Assembly: GCA_022820835.1 (NCBI GenBank)
Contig: JAJEET010000123.1
Coordinates: 3,608 to 67,607, forward strand
Direction: 5' to 3'
DNA: 64,000 nt
Source: Candidatus Poribacteria bacterium
Lineage (GTDB): Bacteria; Poribacteria; WGA-4E; WGA-3G
The notes beneath the pieces are model-generated. The model was not told the DNA's origin. It searched no databases and worked only from the letters and a program-made list of their open reading frames with translations. A program made the translations under genes and the position numbers. This document shows, in pieces, positions 45,191 to 56,105 of this stretch; position 1 is the first letter of the stretch, and the number at the start of each line of letters is the position of its first letter.

Positions 45191-48100
45191 ATGCGAAAAA
45201 GAATCCAAAAAATCTCCATTTTCATCGGAATACCTCTTATCATTCTGCTATGCGGTGCGCTGGTGTTCGTCCAATCAGAAAGTTTCCGCAATTGGGTCGA
45301 AAAAAGGCTTGAGACGGAATTAAGAAACCGGCTAACAGACAACTACACCTTCAACATCGGGAACATAAAAGGCAGCGTTTTCGGGAATGTTACCATCAGT
45401 AACGTTAAAATATCTGAAATCTCCAAAGCAGATGAACCCGTAATTTCCACACAAGAAATCGTACTCAACTACAGTCTGATGCAGTTACTCAGACGCAAAG
45501 TTGAAATTAAAAAACTGACAGTAGACGATCCAGAAATCCATGCGAAGACTGATCTCGACGGCACACTCAATCTGTCCAATATATTTCGGAAGAACCCATC
45601 AAATGAGGATGCTCCACAATTCAGTTTCGCCATTGAAGACGTTAGACTTAATCGCGGAAAGATTGATTACACGGATACGCAAAGAGACCTTGAGATAAGC
45701 GTCCAAGGGGTTACGCTTACGGTGAAAGGACCACTCGATACATGGAATCACACAGGCGATTTAAGCATCGAGACTGGCAATTTTAAGTTCAACAGTTCCG
45801 AAACACCAATTGATAAGTTTGAAATTGATTTTCAGATTTTAGCCGACAGTAGCAGATTCGAGAGCCTCTTAGATTTTGGCAACTCAAGATTGTTCGCTGC
45901 AGGGCGATTTCCGTATAAATCAACGCAGAGACATTGGGGAATTAACCTCGATTTACAGCGATTAGATGTCGCAGATATAGAGCGATTTTTCGGCGAAGGC
46001 ACCGAACTTGAAGGCATTGTAAAAGGTTCTATAACTGCAAACGGAAAACTTGATTCCGCCTTCGCTGCTGCACTCGCTGTGGAAACCTCGTCCTTTTCTT
46101 TAACACAAACCGAGAACAATAGACACATCGCGTTGACAGACCTAAAAATTGATGCCGGTTTCAATTTACAACCGATCCCAACATTCACACTAAAGGATTT
46201 CAGCGCACAGATCGCCGACGGTGCCCTGACCGGCAGCGGAAGTATCGGACTCCAAAACCGCCCAGAAGGCGATGTTATCGCGCAGCTTCGGCAACTCACA
46301 ACGCACCCACTTGCCTATACAGGGCAGTGGGAGGCAACGGATGCCCAACTCATACCGCTGCTGTCAATGTTCGTTCAGCTGCCCAGCTTCCTTGTAGACA
46401 GTACCGGACACCTCTCAGGAAACACCACGTTCAACGGAAGCAGCACCGACATTTCAACGCTCAATCTCGATAGCAGGTTAGAGATAACAGATACCATCCT
46501 CAATTCGGTCGCACTCCAAGACTCCTTAATCAATTTCAAAATCCAGGATGGCGTATTGAACACAAGTGGACACCTCGATGAAACGATCATTGCCGTCACC
46601 GGTCCCTTCACACTAACTGAGCAAGACACTCTGGACATCCGTATATCCAATATCAACTTCGACGATCTCATGAAAATTGTCAATAGCGCGGATTTCGGTG
46701 GAACCGGTGAATACACCGCCAAGTTGTCATCGGACGGCAAACTAAACGGATATATGAAAATCCCAAACGCGAATTTTTTCGACATCCCGATCGGTGTATT
46801 GACTGGCAATTTCAACTACCACAATGGACAGGTCTTCATCGAAAACGGACGACTCACCAAAAACACGATAAACGATATCGGGACAGACTATACGAGTCAA
46901 GCCGCAATCACCGGTGTCGTAGATGTTGAGGGTGAGTTTCCCGCACAACTCAGCGTCATCGCTAATCCCGTTTATGTTCAACACTACCCAAAGTTATTGT
47001 TAGGGGCAGAATATCCGGTAACCGGTCAAATCAGAGGCGAACTCAAATTAGACGGAACGCTCATCAACCTCGATGGTGCTGCCGACTTCAGTGTTACAGA
47101 GGGTATCGCATGGGGACTCCATTTGGATCCCTTCACTCTCCCCTTGCGCATTGAGGATTACTACCTCACACTTCCCGATGCAAAAATAACCACCCGCGGA
47201 CAGAAAATTACGCTTAACGTGGCGGTCGCACCGAACGCAGACTTTGATTTCCGACTCGAAAGCGATGCACCTGTGAATTTTCAGGAACTTTCCAAGGCTG
47301 CACAAATTTCCAACTTCCCTTTCGACGGACAATTTGATGTCTCGGTCATCGGCACATTCAAGCAACCACAACCGCTCGATTTTCAGATCGAACTCGACTT
47401 CAAAGACATAACCTATGTAGACTTTGAAGACAATGGAGACGTTAAGAGGTTTCCACTCGGGGACGCGGTCTTGCACGGTGAACTCGTAGAACTGAAAAAT
47501 ACCACCGGTGAAACTGACCGGTTTGACTTTACAGGAAATGGGTTCAGCGGTCAGATTCAAGGCTACGTAAGCATGGCTCTGGACAACCCTTACAAGTTTA
47601 CAGTGGAAACAAACGGACTTGAAGTTAAACCGTTCCTGCGTATCCTGCACCCCGCTTTTGAGACAGTCACCGGTGTCGCCGACGGGCGCGCACAGATAGC
47701 AGGAACCGTGACAGACCTTGTAGGAGCAACCGAAAATACATCTCCTAATCCTGATGAACAACGCATCTTCCCCTATAGCGTCGATGTTGAAATAGACACA
47801 AGCCAACTTTACTACGGGGACACCAGAGGACGGCCCGTTCCATTCACAAATGCAGAACAGATCCAGATACGTCTTAGAGACGATGTATGGAGGATTGACA
47901 CACTCTCTTGTAGGACATTAGAGGACACGTCACCTTTTATCGAACTTACTGGGACCTTTGACCAGAAAAATGACACGATGGATATTCACGCCAAAGCGGA
48001 CGGATTCGCTTTATCGGCTCTCGCACCAGCATTCGGACTCGTTCCTGAAGACATATCCGCTGGCACCGGACACTACACCGTAGAGATTGATGGTTCCCCA

Positions 48101-51100
48101 GAACACCCGATCGTCGCGGCAAACTGGGTAATCCCTCAATTAGATTTGAGAACAAAAAACGGTGATCTCCATATCACTGAAGCCAGTGGAACAATAGACT
48201 ATCAGAACGATAGCGTCCATCTCAAAAAAACGACGTTGAAACTTTTTGGGAACGCAGTGGATATAGCAGGCGACATAGACGTTGATCTCGAAGATCTTAA
48301 CAATTCGCAGCTATACCTTACCGTCAACGCCCCTACTTTGGAAATAACGACGTTTGCTGAATTAATAGCGAAAGTCTCCGAAAATATCATCAAGCCAACC
48401 GATTTAACCAGCGGCGTGTTAGGTGCTTCAGCTGACATCACAGGCACCTTCGCCGAAACTTCAATTTCTATAAACGCACAAACGGCACCAAATCAACCGA
48501 TTCATCTCGTGCCTTATACAAATCCGATTATAGTGGCAGATATAGAGGCAAACGCCACACTCCGTTCGGATTCTCTAAACATCCAATCTGTAAAAGCAAA
48601 CGGACAAATAGGTGTTAGCACCTACGCACTACAAGGAAACGCTTCGTTCTCAACCCAAAACGCAGAAAAGATGCAATTCGGCATAGATGTGTCGGTATCA
48701 GAATTCGAGGTATCTGATTTTGTGGCTTTGCTATTAGGCAATACATCACTCGGACACGCTACCGTCTCGGGGAAAGTAAAAATTAACGGCACCGGAACAG
48801 ACCCGCAACAAATCTCCATAATAGGCAGCATCTCAGAACTTAATCTCCACGGGTACAACACAGATATTACAAACAGATCTGAAATCCAGCTCCAATCCGA
48901 ACGCGGTAACCTGAGTATTCATCTCCCGTTAGAACTGGAGTCGCCTGAAATAATCGCAACGACAGACATCCGCATTACAGGAACTATTGACGCACCTGAA
49001 ATTACAGCAGAATGGAACGGAAACATCAGCGGAATGGAATCTAACGGGGATGTTGAATACCGTGACGAACGCATAACGGTTAGAAGTATCGAACTGAGTA
49101 ACCGTGTGGGTACGTCAACGATTACTGGCGTTATCCCGTTTAATTTGGCATTCTCGGCGATAGACTTCTCTGATCGGTTTATAGTACAACCCATGGATCT
49201 GCAGTTACGCGGTCACGAATTGCCACTTGAATTCTTCCCTGGTATTGAGACGCTCTTTTCGGAAGCAGACGGCACCATTGACATTGATTTAACTATTCGA
49301 GGTACAAGCCGTAACCCTCACATAATAGGAGACTTGTCGCTTGAGGCAGCGCACCTCCAACTGAAAAATTTCCACGAACCGATCCAGAATGTGAAGATAA
49401 AACTGACTGCAAGCGAAAACACAATTGCTCTCAAAGAACTCGCACTCGAAATAGCTCCCGGCTACTGTACACTTCAACAAGCACAATTGATATTAGACGG
49501 ATTGACCCCTAAAGCATTCACATTATCGGGATTGAGATTTGAAAGATTCCCACTCGGTTCAACAGTGCAGCACGCGATACCAACGGACATACTCGAAAAT
49601 GTTGAGGGACACGTATCCGCGACACTCATTGGATTGACAATCCCATTTGATCGCTTTCTGACAAAAGTAGCAGGCACGCCACTCCCACAAATTCGCGAGA
49701 TCCCTTCACTTAGAGATATTATGATGGTTTCAAGTGCGGACCTCTCTATTAATAGTGTCCGGCTCGCCTTTAAGGTGGCGGCATGGAATCGACATTACGA
49801 CTTCCAGGACCCACAACCCGTTCAGATGTCTCTAAACGCTGGAACACTCACGGTCCCAGAAGCGTTTATCCTTGAGAACCAGCACACCTTCTCTGTAGAC
49901 CAAACCTTCACTGACGAGGACGAAAAACCGGAGGAAGTCCGCGGCGACATACACAAAATAGAAGCCGCAAAGACGGCACTCAGTATTGACGGCGGAAGCC
50001 AGTGGTCAATAAACGGAGGATTTAATACAGCACTGCGATTCAGGAATTTTGATGTTTCAGCGATAACGCACACTTGGTACGCACCGTATCGGGTTAAAGG
50101 CGCGTTGTCGGGTGCCCTACAGATAAGCGGCACCAGCAAAAACCCGAAGATGACTTTTCGGCGACACGAGTCCGAACCCGCCGAACTCTATTTGGATGAC
50201 ATCCCAATCGACCTACGCTGGAGAGTCCGCTATCAAAACGGAAAATGGGAAATCTCAAAGAAACGGTATGCGTCCGTGAGTTTCGGTGGAAACCTACTAA
50301 CATTTTCCGGGGAACTGCCCTACCCAATTGAATTGATTCCGTTCCTGACGCAGCTCCAACAATCACCGGAGACAGTCTGGAAAAAATTCCGAGAAACAGA
50401 CATAAATGGCACCTTGGACGTTCAGATAGAACACCTCGACCTTCTATCAACCCTCGTACCAGGTCTGGGATCACCAACCGGAACAAGTCAAGTCCATGTT
50501 GAATTGACTGGCACAGTAGAATCACCGAAAGCCTTAGGGGCTATGCGATTCGATAACATCGGATTTAAAATTCCAGCAGCAAATATGCACGTCGGAGAAG
50601 TAACAGGCATCGTTGAACTAACGACGCAAGGCGCAACTATCAAGCAACTCACTGGAAGATTGAACAACGGTGCGTTTTCAATGACCGGCAGCGTCAAGAC
50701 ACCACCAGATGGACGCGTATGGGAAAACCCGCCAACCTTCGACCTGCAAGCGAGCATCGCATCTACGACTTTTGAACAATCGAGGAAGTACCTGATTCAA
50801 CTCGACGATAATCCGAGCCAATTTTACTTACAAGGTGGATTTGATGACCCGAAACTCACAGGCAACATAAACATTAGTGGCGGTTATTATAAACAAAACT
50901 GGGAAACCGTCCGAGATTGGCTTGTCGGGGCATCCGTCACTGAAATGGATGTTATGTTAGATTATCCAATCCTCCGAGACTTAGAATTGGAGGTAGGTAT
51001 CGATATCGCTGATAATTTTGAAGTGCGTTCATCTATTGCGGGCCCCATTAATATCAAGATATCCTCTGCAGGGAAACTCATCGGTCCCATTCAAGAACCG

Positions 51101-51589
51101 ATTTACAACGGAAATATCTCCGTACTCAGCGGGATAGTTGCATCACATCTCATTCCGCAAGCCTTTGAATTTATCGAAGACTCAGGTTCAAACATTACGA
51201 ACCGTAGCCTTGACACTTTTAATCCAGAACTCAATCTTTCTCTTCGTACACCGAAACGTATTCGCGGTGTACTACCAAGAGATGGAAGCACAGTTGACCT
51301 TCAGATTGTCGCGAAACTCACTGGCACTTTAAACAACCCCAACTTCACTTTGAGCACACCAGATGCCACTGTGGTACTCACACATGAAGATATTTCGGCG
51401 TTCCTGGTGCGCAATATCTCATTCTCACATGCACTCGGTCCATTTACGTTCAATTTTCACCGTCCAAATGATGCAGGCGCACGCTCTATCAGCGCGGATT
51501 ATCAACTCAGAGAGAATATGTCCATTAAAATTGAAAGCAACGAAAACGGTGAATACGGGGCTGACTTTGAGATAAAAGGACGCTTCTGA
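45191..51589 (+). CDS. tamB: TamB/AsmA-like translocation and assembly module protein (very large, 2132 aa)
   Basis: It has an N-terminal signal-anchor IFIGIPLIILLCGALVFV and a long beta-rich body. The C-terminal DUF490-like end reads ..NPELNLSLRT......VDLQIVAKLTGTLNNPNFTLSTPD..ISADYQLRENMSIKIESN..GADFEIKGRF. Confidence 0.8.
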   Translation: MRKRIQKISIFIGIPLIILLCGALVFVQSESFRNWVEKRLETELRNRLTDNYTFNIGNIKGSVFGNVTISNVKISEISKADEPVISTQEIVLNYSLMQLLRRKVEIKKLTVDDPEIHAKTDLDGTLNLSNIFRKNPSNEDAPQFSFAIEDVRLNRGKIDYTDTQRDLEISVQGVTLTVKGPLDTWNHTGDLSIETGNFKFNSSETPIDKFEIDFQILADSSRFESLLDFGNSRLFAAGRFPYKSTQRHWGINLDLQRLDVADIERFFGEGTELEGIVKGSITANGKLDSAFAAALAVETSSFSLTQTENNRHIALTDLKIDAGFNLQPIPTFTLKDFSAQIADGALTGSGSIGLQNRPEGDVIAQLRQLTTHPLAYTGQWEATDAQLIPLLSMFVQLPSFLVDSTGHLSGNTTFNGSSTDISTLNLDSRLEITDTILNSVALQDSLINFKIQDGVLNTSGHLDETIIAVTGPFTLTEQDTLDIRISNINFDDLMKIVNSADFGGTGEYTAKLSSDGKLNGYMKIPNANFFDIPIGVLTGNFNYHNGQVFIENGRLTKNTINDIGTDYTSQAAITGVVDVEGEFPAQLSVIANPVYVQHYPKLLLGAEYPVTGQIRGELKLDGTLINLDGAADFSVTEGIAWGLHLDPFTLPLRIEDYYLTLPDAKITTRGQKITLNVAVAPNADFDFRLESDAPVNFQELSKAAQISNFPFDGQFDVSVIGTFKQPQPLDFQIELDFKDITYVDFEDNGDVKRFPLGDAVLHGELVELKNTTGETDRFDFTGNGFSGQIQGYVSMALDNPYKFTVETNGLEVKPFLRILHPAFETVTGVADGRAQIAGTVTDLVGATENTSPNPDEQRIFPYSVDVEIDTSQLYYGDTRGRPVPFTNAEQIQIRLRDDVWRIDTLSCRTLEDTSPFIELTGTFDQKNDTMDIHAKADGFALSALAPAFGLVPEDISAGTGHYTVEIDGSPEHPIVAANWVIPQLDLRTKNGDLHITEASGTIDYQNDSVHLKKTTLKLFGNAVDIAGDIDVDLEDLNNSQLYLTVNAPTLEITTFAELIAKVSENIIKPTDLTSGVLGASADITGTFAETSISINAQTAPNQPIHLVPYTNPIIVADIEANATLRSDSLNIQSVKANGQIGVSTYALQGNASFSTQNAEKMQFGIDVSVSEFEVSDFVALLLGNTSLGHATVSGKVKINGTGTDPQQISIIGSISELNLHGYNTDITNRSEIQLQSERGNLSIHLPLELESPEIIATTDIRITGTIDAPEITAEWNGNISGMESNGDVEYRDERITVRSIELSNRVGTSTITGVIPFNLAFSAIDFSDRFIVQPMDLQLRGHELPLEFFPGIETLFSEADGTIDIDLTIRGTSRNPHIIGDLSLEAAHLQLKNFHEPIQNVKIKLTASENTIALKELALEIAPGYCTLQQAQLILDGLTPKAFTLSGLRFERFPLGSTVQHAIPTDILENVEGHVSATLIGLTIPFDRFLTKVAGTPLPQIREIPSLRDIMMVSSADLSINSVRLAFKVAAWNRHYDFQDPQPVQMSLNAGTLTVPEAFILENQHTFSVDQTFTDEDEKPEEVRGDIHKIEAAKTALSIDGGSQWSINGGFNTALRFRNFDVSAITHTWYAPYRVKGALSGALQISGTSKNPKMTFRRHESEPAELYLDDIPIDLRWRVRYQNGKWEISKKRYASVSFGGNLLTFSGELPYPIELIPFLTQLQQSPETVWKKFRETDINGTLDVQIEHLDLLSTLVPGLGSPTGTSQVHVELTGTVESPKALGAMRFDNIGFKIPAANMHVGEVTGIVELTTQGATIKQLTGRLNNGAFSMTGSVKTPPDGRVWENPPTFDLQASIASTTFEQSRKYLIQLDDNPSQFYLQGGFDDPKLTGNINISGGYYKQNWETVRDWLVGASVTEMDVMLDYPILRDLELEVGIDIADNFEVRSSIAGPINIKISSAGKLIGPIQEPIYNGNISVLSGIVASHLIPQAFEFIEDSGSNITNRSLDTFNPELNLSLRTPKRIRGVLPRDGSTVDLQIVAKLTGTLNNPNFTLSTPDATVVLTHEDISAFLVRNISFSHALGPFTFNFHRPNDAGARSISADYQLRENMSIKIESNENGEYGADFEIKGRF

Positions 51590-51766
51590 TAGCGGGTACG
51601 CAGTTATAGATACGGATTTCTGCGAAATCCTTTTAGTTAACAGTTAACAGTTAAGAGGGCTCTTGTACTTATAACTGAAAGTGAGCGTAGCGAATGTACT
51701 ACGTACTTACAACTTTAAATCAACCACGTACTTATAACCTATAACTTATAACTTATAACCATTCCA
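51590..51766. repeat. Composite palindromic intergenic element between tamB-like and bamA-like genes
   Basis: It contains gggtacgcagtta (51594..51606), the hairpin module at 51611..51636, gttaaca x3 (51636..51656), ctgaaagtgagcgtagcgaat, and cttataa/cctataa/cttataa/cttataa (51731..51758). Confidence 0.8.
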
Positions 51767-54700
51767 ATGTACACATCGTTCCTACATTACAGATCAATAA
51801 CTCGCTCACTCTCCGTTCTAATGCTTTGCGTTTTTTTCGGACAATCTGCAAGCGCAGCGGAAGAACTTTCTGAGCATCCAAGCGCAGAGAAAATTACCCT
51901 ACACGAGGCGTTTGACGCAACGCGTATCATAAAAATTGTGTATTACATTGATGGGATACTTGTCTCCGAGACAACAACACAACTCAGACCCCTCAGCAAC
52001 CGATCAGCGGTACATGTCGGCGCCAAATTATCTCAGCACGCCATCCAACAGAGCATTAAGCTACTCTACAAAACACAGCAATTTTCCCAAATTCAGGTTT
52101 ATGAGCAAGAGACCCCGAATGGCATAATCTTAACATATCAATTCACATCCTTTGAACCTATCAAAGCGATTAAACATATCGGTATCCTTGAGAACGACGA
52201 ATTTGAACAAACTATTCAGGACGTAATGAAATCGAAAGTTGGCGGAAAATATGTCCCGGCAATCGCGAAAGCCGATATTAAACGTATCAAACAGGTCTGT
52301 GAAGATTATGGGTATTTCAACGCACGAATTACGGTCTCTGACGCGCTAACTGATGACGGGATGTTAACTTACCAGATAGATGTAGGTGTACCATCTATTA
52401 TCCGTGAATTGCAAATTCAGGGCAACCAAGCCATCTCAACGGGCCACCTTAAAGCAGCTTGCGGATTCAGTAACCAACAACCTTCTCCGATTTATAACAA
52501 ATCCGACGTAGATACCGATGTGGCAGCCATGCTGAAACTCTATCGAGAAAGCAGCTATCCTACCGCTGGCATCGAATCAAACTTTATACCTGAAACCGGC
52601 ATCCTACAGTTTCGTGTTGATGAAGGCAAAGAGATAACGTTCAATTTCGTCGGTGACCTTTCGTTATCGCAACAAGATACATTCGAAGAAGATATAGCCA
52701 ACTTGATAAACGCTGCAACCCAGTCTATGTGGAAGAGAAGGATAAAATCTTATTTTGAAGACTTGGGGTATCAAGACACAACCGTCGAAAGCCTGAATGA
52801 AACCAGCGTTCGGCTTACGATTGATCCCGGTACGCAATACAGGGTTGCCAGCGTTACTTTTTCCGGAAACCGTGTGTTCTCGGACGCAGACCTCCTACGA
52901 GAGATGACAGTCAAACCGACGAGCGGCCTTAGGCGTAACTTACAACTTTCCAATGTTATCACACAACTGCTACCGGGACAAACACAGAAACCTTTTTTCG
53001 ATCCACAGGATCTTGATACAGATGAACATCGACTCAGGATTTTATACGAAAAAGCAGGCTATCCGAATCGTGACATACAGACGTATGTTGAGAAACAGCC
53101 ACCAAATAGACAAAATATCGGTGAAGCTGCAATACATGTTTTAATTAATGAAAACTATAAAGAGGTCATTCACCGATGTGAGATTACCGGTAATCGAGCG
53201 ATAGATACTGCCAAACTCCTAAAACGTTTGGAAAAAGAACTGCCGCTCCCGCAACCGAATGCACGCTTTGAAAAAACGGTCTACCAAAACGCGCTCCTAA
53301 GTGTATATCGTGAGCTCGGATACAATGACGTGGAGGTTAAGAACACTTATATCCCTGAAACAGAAACACCAATTTTTCGAGTCGCAGGCGATTTTTCGGA
53401 ATCGCTTGCCGATGGGGAGCTCCCACCCGAACTTCAAAACGAATTTGAAAAACACAAACGACCCCTGAGCGGACTTTTCATCGCCAATAATATCGACAAT
53501 CGTTGGAGCATCCAAGATATTGAGAGCAACCCGCGTTATACACTCATACAAGAAACGACAGAACTGCAGGTATTTGAACACGGTATCCTACATCTTACCG
53601 TCAATAAGGAAGGTGAACAGGTCACATTCGGCAAATTCTATTTTCAAGGCGACACCGACGTTGTGATACGCCGTATTCTTGAACGGGAAGTAGCACATCT
53701 TAACGGTAAACTTTGGACACCAGAGGCGTTAAGCCTTGCCTTGCGAAATCTTGACAGTTTAGGCATCTTCCGTAAAATTGAAGCCACGCCACTCGAAACC
53801 GCTGTAAACAGTACAACCAACGGCAACTCTCCTTCCACAGTAAAAACTAAAGACGTTGTTATAACAGTCGAAAAACAACAACCGAGAACTTTTAGATACG
53901 GTGCCGGTTATGGGATCGCAGAAGGGTGGCGCACCACTTTAGAACTAACTGATAGCAACTTTCTCTTTAAGCGAAATGTACGAGGGCGCGTCCGCGGTAG
54001 ATTAGCATGGCGAGATGAACTCGGATACCTTCTCGAAGCAAGAATTACACAACCCTGGTTAATCTGGCGGATACAAGGTAGTCTACAAGCATCCGCTAAA
54101 AAGTTAGAGGTAGACGATAATGTACGCGCACTCGAAGGCAGCTTCATCCTCAACAGGCGATTAAGGGAATCGAATTACTTAGATTTCCGATACAGTTACC
54201 GAGATTTGAACCAACCGATACTACCGATAATGCCAGACCTCTCACCCGCAACCGGTGTTTTTGAAGAACAGAACCCATTCCGCACAACGGTGAGCAGCTT
54301 ACGCCTCTCGTGGACTTATGATAGCCGTGTACAGTTTCTGAATCCGGTAGGCGGTATGTTCAACGAGATTACACTCGAATATGCCGGAGGTTTCCTGCAA
54401 GGCGAAACCAGTTTTATTAAAACGACAACGGATACCCGATATTACCAAAAACTCATCGGAGATTTCGTATTAGCGACCGTACTACGATTGGGGGTTACCA
54501 CTGGATTACGTTCAAATCGTCGTGCCGAACTTATTTCGTTTGAACGGTTCTGGGCTGGCGGCGGCACAACGGTTCGCGGGTATGCCGAACGATCCCTCGG
54601 ACCCGAAGACATCGCTGGCACCCACCGGGGCGATGTTCAATTCATCTTTAATACAGAGTTACGATTCCCGATCTATTGGTTAATCCGGGGCGCACTCTTT

Positions 54701-54901
54701 TTCGATACAGGCAACGTCTGGGATTCATTGGAGGATATCAGAACGATGCCGATCACACAACTACCATCGGCAGCGGGTGCCGGACTCTATTTGGACTTTG
54801 GCGCATTCACATTCGGGGTCGACTATGCCTTCCCGATCGTCCACGTTCCGAGCTCGCCAGACACAAGACGCGCCCACTTTCGTCTCGGTAGTACTTTTTA
54901 A
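51767..54901 (+). CDS. bamA: BamA/Omp85-family outer membrane protein assembly factor (1044 aa, extended POTRA region)
   Basis: It has a signal peptide and repeated POTRA-like units (I..I.I.GN..). The C-terminal barrel reads ..FERFWAGGGTTVRGY..FNTELRFPI....GALFFDTGNVW.. and ends ..FRLGSTF. Confidence 0.85.
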   Translation: MYTSFLHYRSITRSLSVLMLCVFFGQSASAAEELSEHPSAEKITLHEAFDATRIIKIVYYIDGILVSETTTQLRPLSNRSAVHVGAKLSQHAIQQSIKLLYKTQQFSQIQVYEQETPNGIILTYQFTSFEPIKAIKHIGILENDEFEQTIQDVMKSKVGGKYVPAIAKADIKRIKQVCEDYGYFNARITVSDALTDDGMLTYQIDVGVPSIIRELQIQGNQAISTGHLKAACGFSNQQPSPIYNKSDVDTDVAAMLKLYRESSYPTAGIESNFIPETGILQFRVDEGKEITFNFVGDLSLSQQDTFEEDIANLINAATQSMWKRRIKSYFEDLGYQDTTVESLNETSVRLTIDPGTQYRVASVTFSGNRVFSDADLLREMTVKPTSGLRRNLQLSNVITQLLPGQTQKPFFDPQDLDTDEHRLRILYEKAGYPNRDIQTYVEKQPPNRQNIGEAAIHVLINENYKEVIHRCEITGNRAIDTAKLLKRLEKELPLPQPNARFEKTVYQNALLSVYRELGYNDVEVKNTYIPETETPIFRVAGDFSESLADGELPPELQNEFEKHKRPLSGLFIANNIDNRWSIQDIESNPRYTLIQETTELQVFEHGILHLTVNKEGEQVTFGKFYFQGDTDVVIRRILEREVAHLNGKLWTPEALSLALRNLDSLGIFRKIEATPLETAVNSTTNGNSPSTVKTKDVVITVEKQQPRTFRYGAGYGIAEGWRTTLELTDSNFLFKRNVRGRVRGRLAWRDELGYLLEARITQPWLIWRIQGSLQASAKKLEVDDNVRALEGSFILNRRLRESNYLDFRYSYRDLNQPILPIMPDLSPATGVFEEQNPFRTTVSSLRLSWTYDSRVQFLNPVGGMFNEITLEYAGGFLQGETSFIKTTTDTRYYQKLIGDFVLATVLRLGVTTGLRSNRRAELISFERFWAGGGTTVRGYAERSLGPEDIAGTHRGDVQFIFNTELRFPIYWLIRGALFFDTGNVWDSLEDIRTMPITQLPSAAGAGLYLDFGAFTFGVDYAFPIVHVPSSPDTRRAHFRLGSTF

Positions 54902-54904
54902 TGC

Positions 54905-55870
54905 CTATTCCGATTCCGCATAAGGTTTCCCGAGCGCAAGGGGTGCCTCAGCACGTCCGACAAATCCCGCCAACACCGCTAAACAGAGCAGATACGGTAA
55001 CATCAACCATAACTGGTACGGGATCCCCCAACCCAACGCTTGGAACCGCGCATCAAGTGCCGAACCGAGTCCGAAGAGTAACGCAGCACCGCACGCCTTC
55101 ACAGGATGCCATTTCCCAAAGATGACGATCGCCAAAGCGATGAACCCACGCCCAACCGTCATACCGGGTGTAAAATACGGGACATCCGCAAGCGAAAGAT
55201 AACCACCTGCCATACCCACCATCGCGCCCGCGAATAATAGACAAAACGTCCGTAAACGCAGGACATTAGAACCGACTGTCGCAATCGCTTTCGGATGCTC
55301 ACCACACGCACGGATCCGCAGTCCGAGTTGTGTATGGTACAAGAAAAAATAGACACACGGCAGCAGTAGGAATGTGATGAAAACGAGAATATTGTGTGAA
55401 AACAGCGCACGTCCAAGAAACGGGATTTTAGACAAGAGTGGGATGTCAATCTGCTGAAACGCCGGAACGCCTTGGGCAATACCTGTCACACCGAAGAGCC
55501 GTTGATAGATAACCTCTGTTAAACCCAACGCCAGAAGCGTCATCGCTGTACCGACGATAACTTGGTCTCCACGCAGGCGGATAGCGAATAACGCAAAAAG
55601 TGCTGCAGCGGCAAGTCCACCGAGTCCAGCCATAAAAAGACCCGCCCACGGTGCCATCAGGGGTGCCATCATAGCGAGTCCTGGGATGTAGAGCATCGCT
55701 AATTTTTCCGCGTAGAAGGAACCTACCATCCCGAAGAACGCACCGATGAGCATCATCCCTTCAATACCGATGTTAAGAACACCCGCACGCTGCGAAATGA
55801 CTTCACCTAATGCTGCGAGTAGGAGCGGTGTCGCCCCACGAATCGTTGCCGAAAGAATATCTTCAAACAT
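54905..55870 (-). CDS. ABC transporter permease (nucleoside/BMP-family system, YufQ/NupQ-like)
   Basis: 321 aa and about 9 hydrophobic segments. ..GATPLLLAALGEVISQRAGVLNIGIEGMM.. is typical of BPD_transp_2 permeases. Confidence 0.85.
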   Translation of the reverse strand: MFEDILSATIRGATPLLLAALGEVISQRAGVLNIGIEGMMLIGAFFGMVGSFYAEKLAMLYIPGLAMMAPLMAPWAGLFMAGLGGLAAAALFALFAIRLRGDQVIVGTAMTLLALGLTEVIYQRLFGVTGIAQGVPAFQQIDIPLLSKIPFLGRALFSHNILVFITFLLLPCVYFFLYHTQLGLRIRACGEHPKAIATVGSNVLRLRTFCLLFAGAMVGMAGGYLSLADVPYFTPGMTVGRGFIALAIVIFGKWHPVKACGAALLFGLGSALDARFQALGWGIPYQLWLMLPYLLCLAVLAGFVGRAEAPLALGKPYAESE

Positions 55871-56105
55871 ACTTTTAACTATTAAGTTCCTGCTCGTTTT
55901 TCTCCGTTGTCGAAAAACGGTTTTCTTTTACGTTATACCAATTCTAATTGAAAATGTCTCTTTTTTGTACCACAAACTTCCAGTTTGTGTCATAAAAACA
56001 ACTACCATAAGAATCGCCTAATGAGATAATAATATAGAAATTGTATTATTACGATAAAGGAACACATTGATCTGCCACTTTCTATTGATTGCTGAAAATC
56101 TATGG

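Noticed and set aside
47048-47806. Long antisense ORFs inside the tamB-like gene (for example 252 aa at 47048..47806 and 155 aa at 45832..46299).
   Set aside because: The sense frame is open for 2132 codons and ends in a recognisable TamB C-terminal domain. The antisense ORFs have no motifs and are typical shadow frames.
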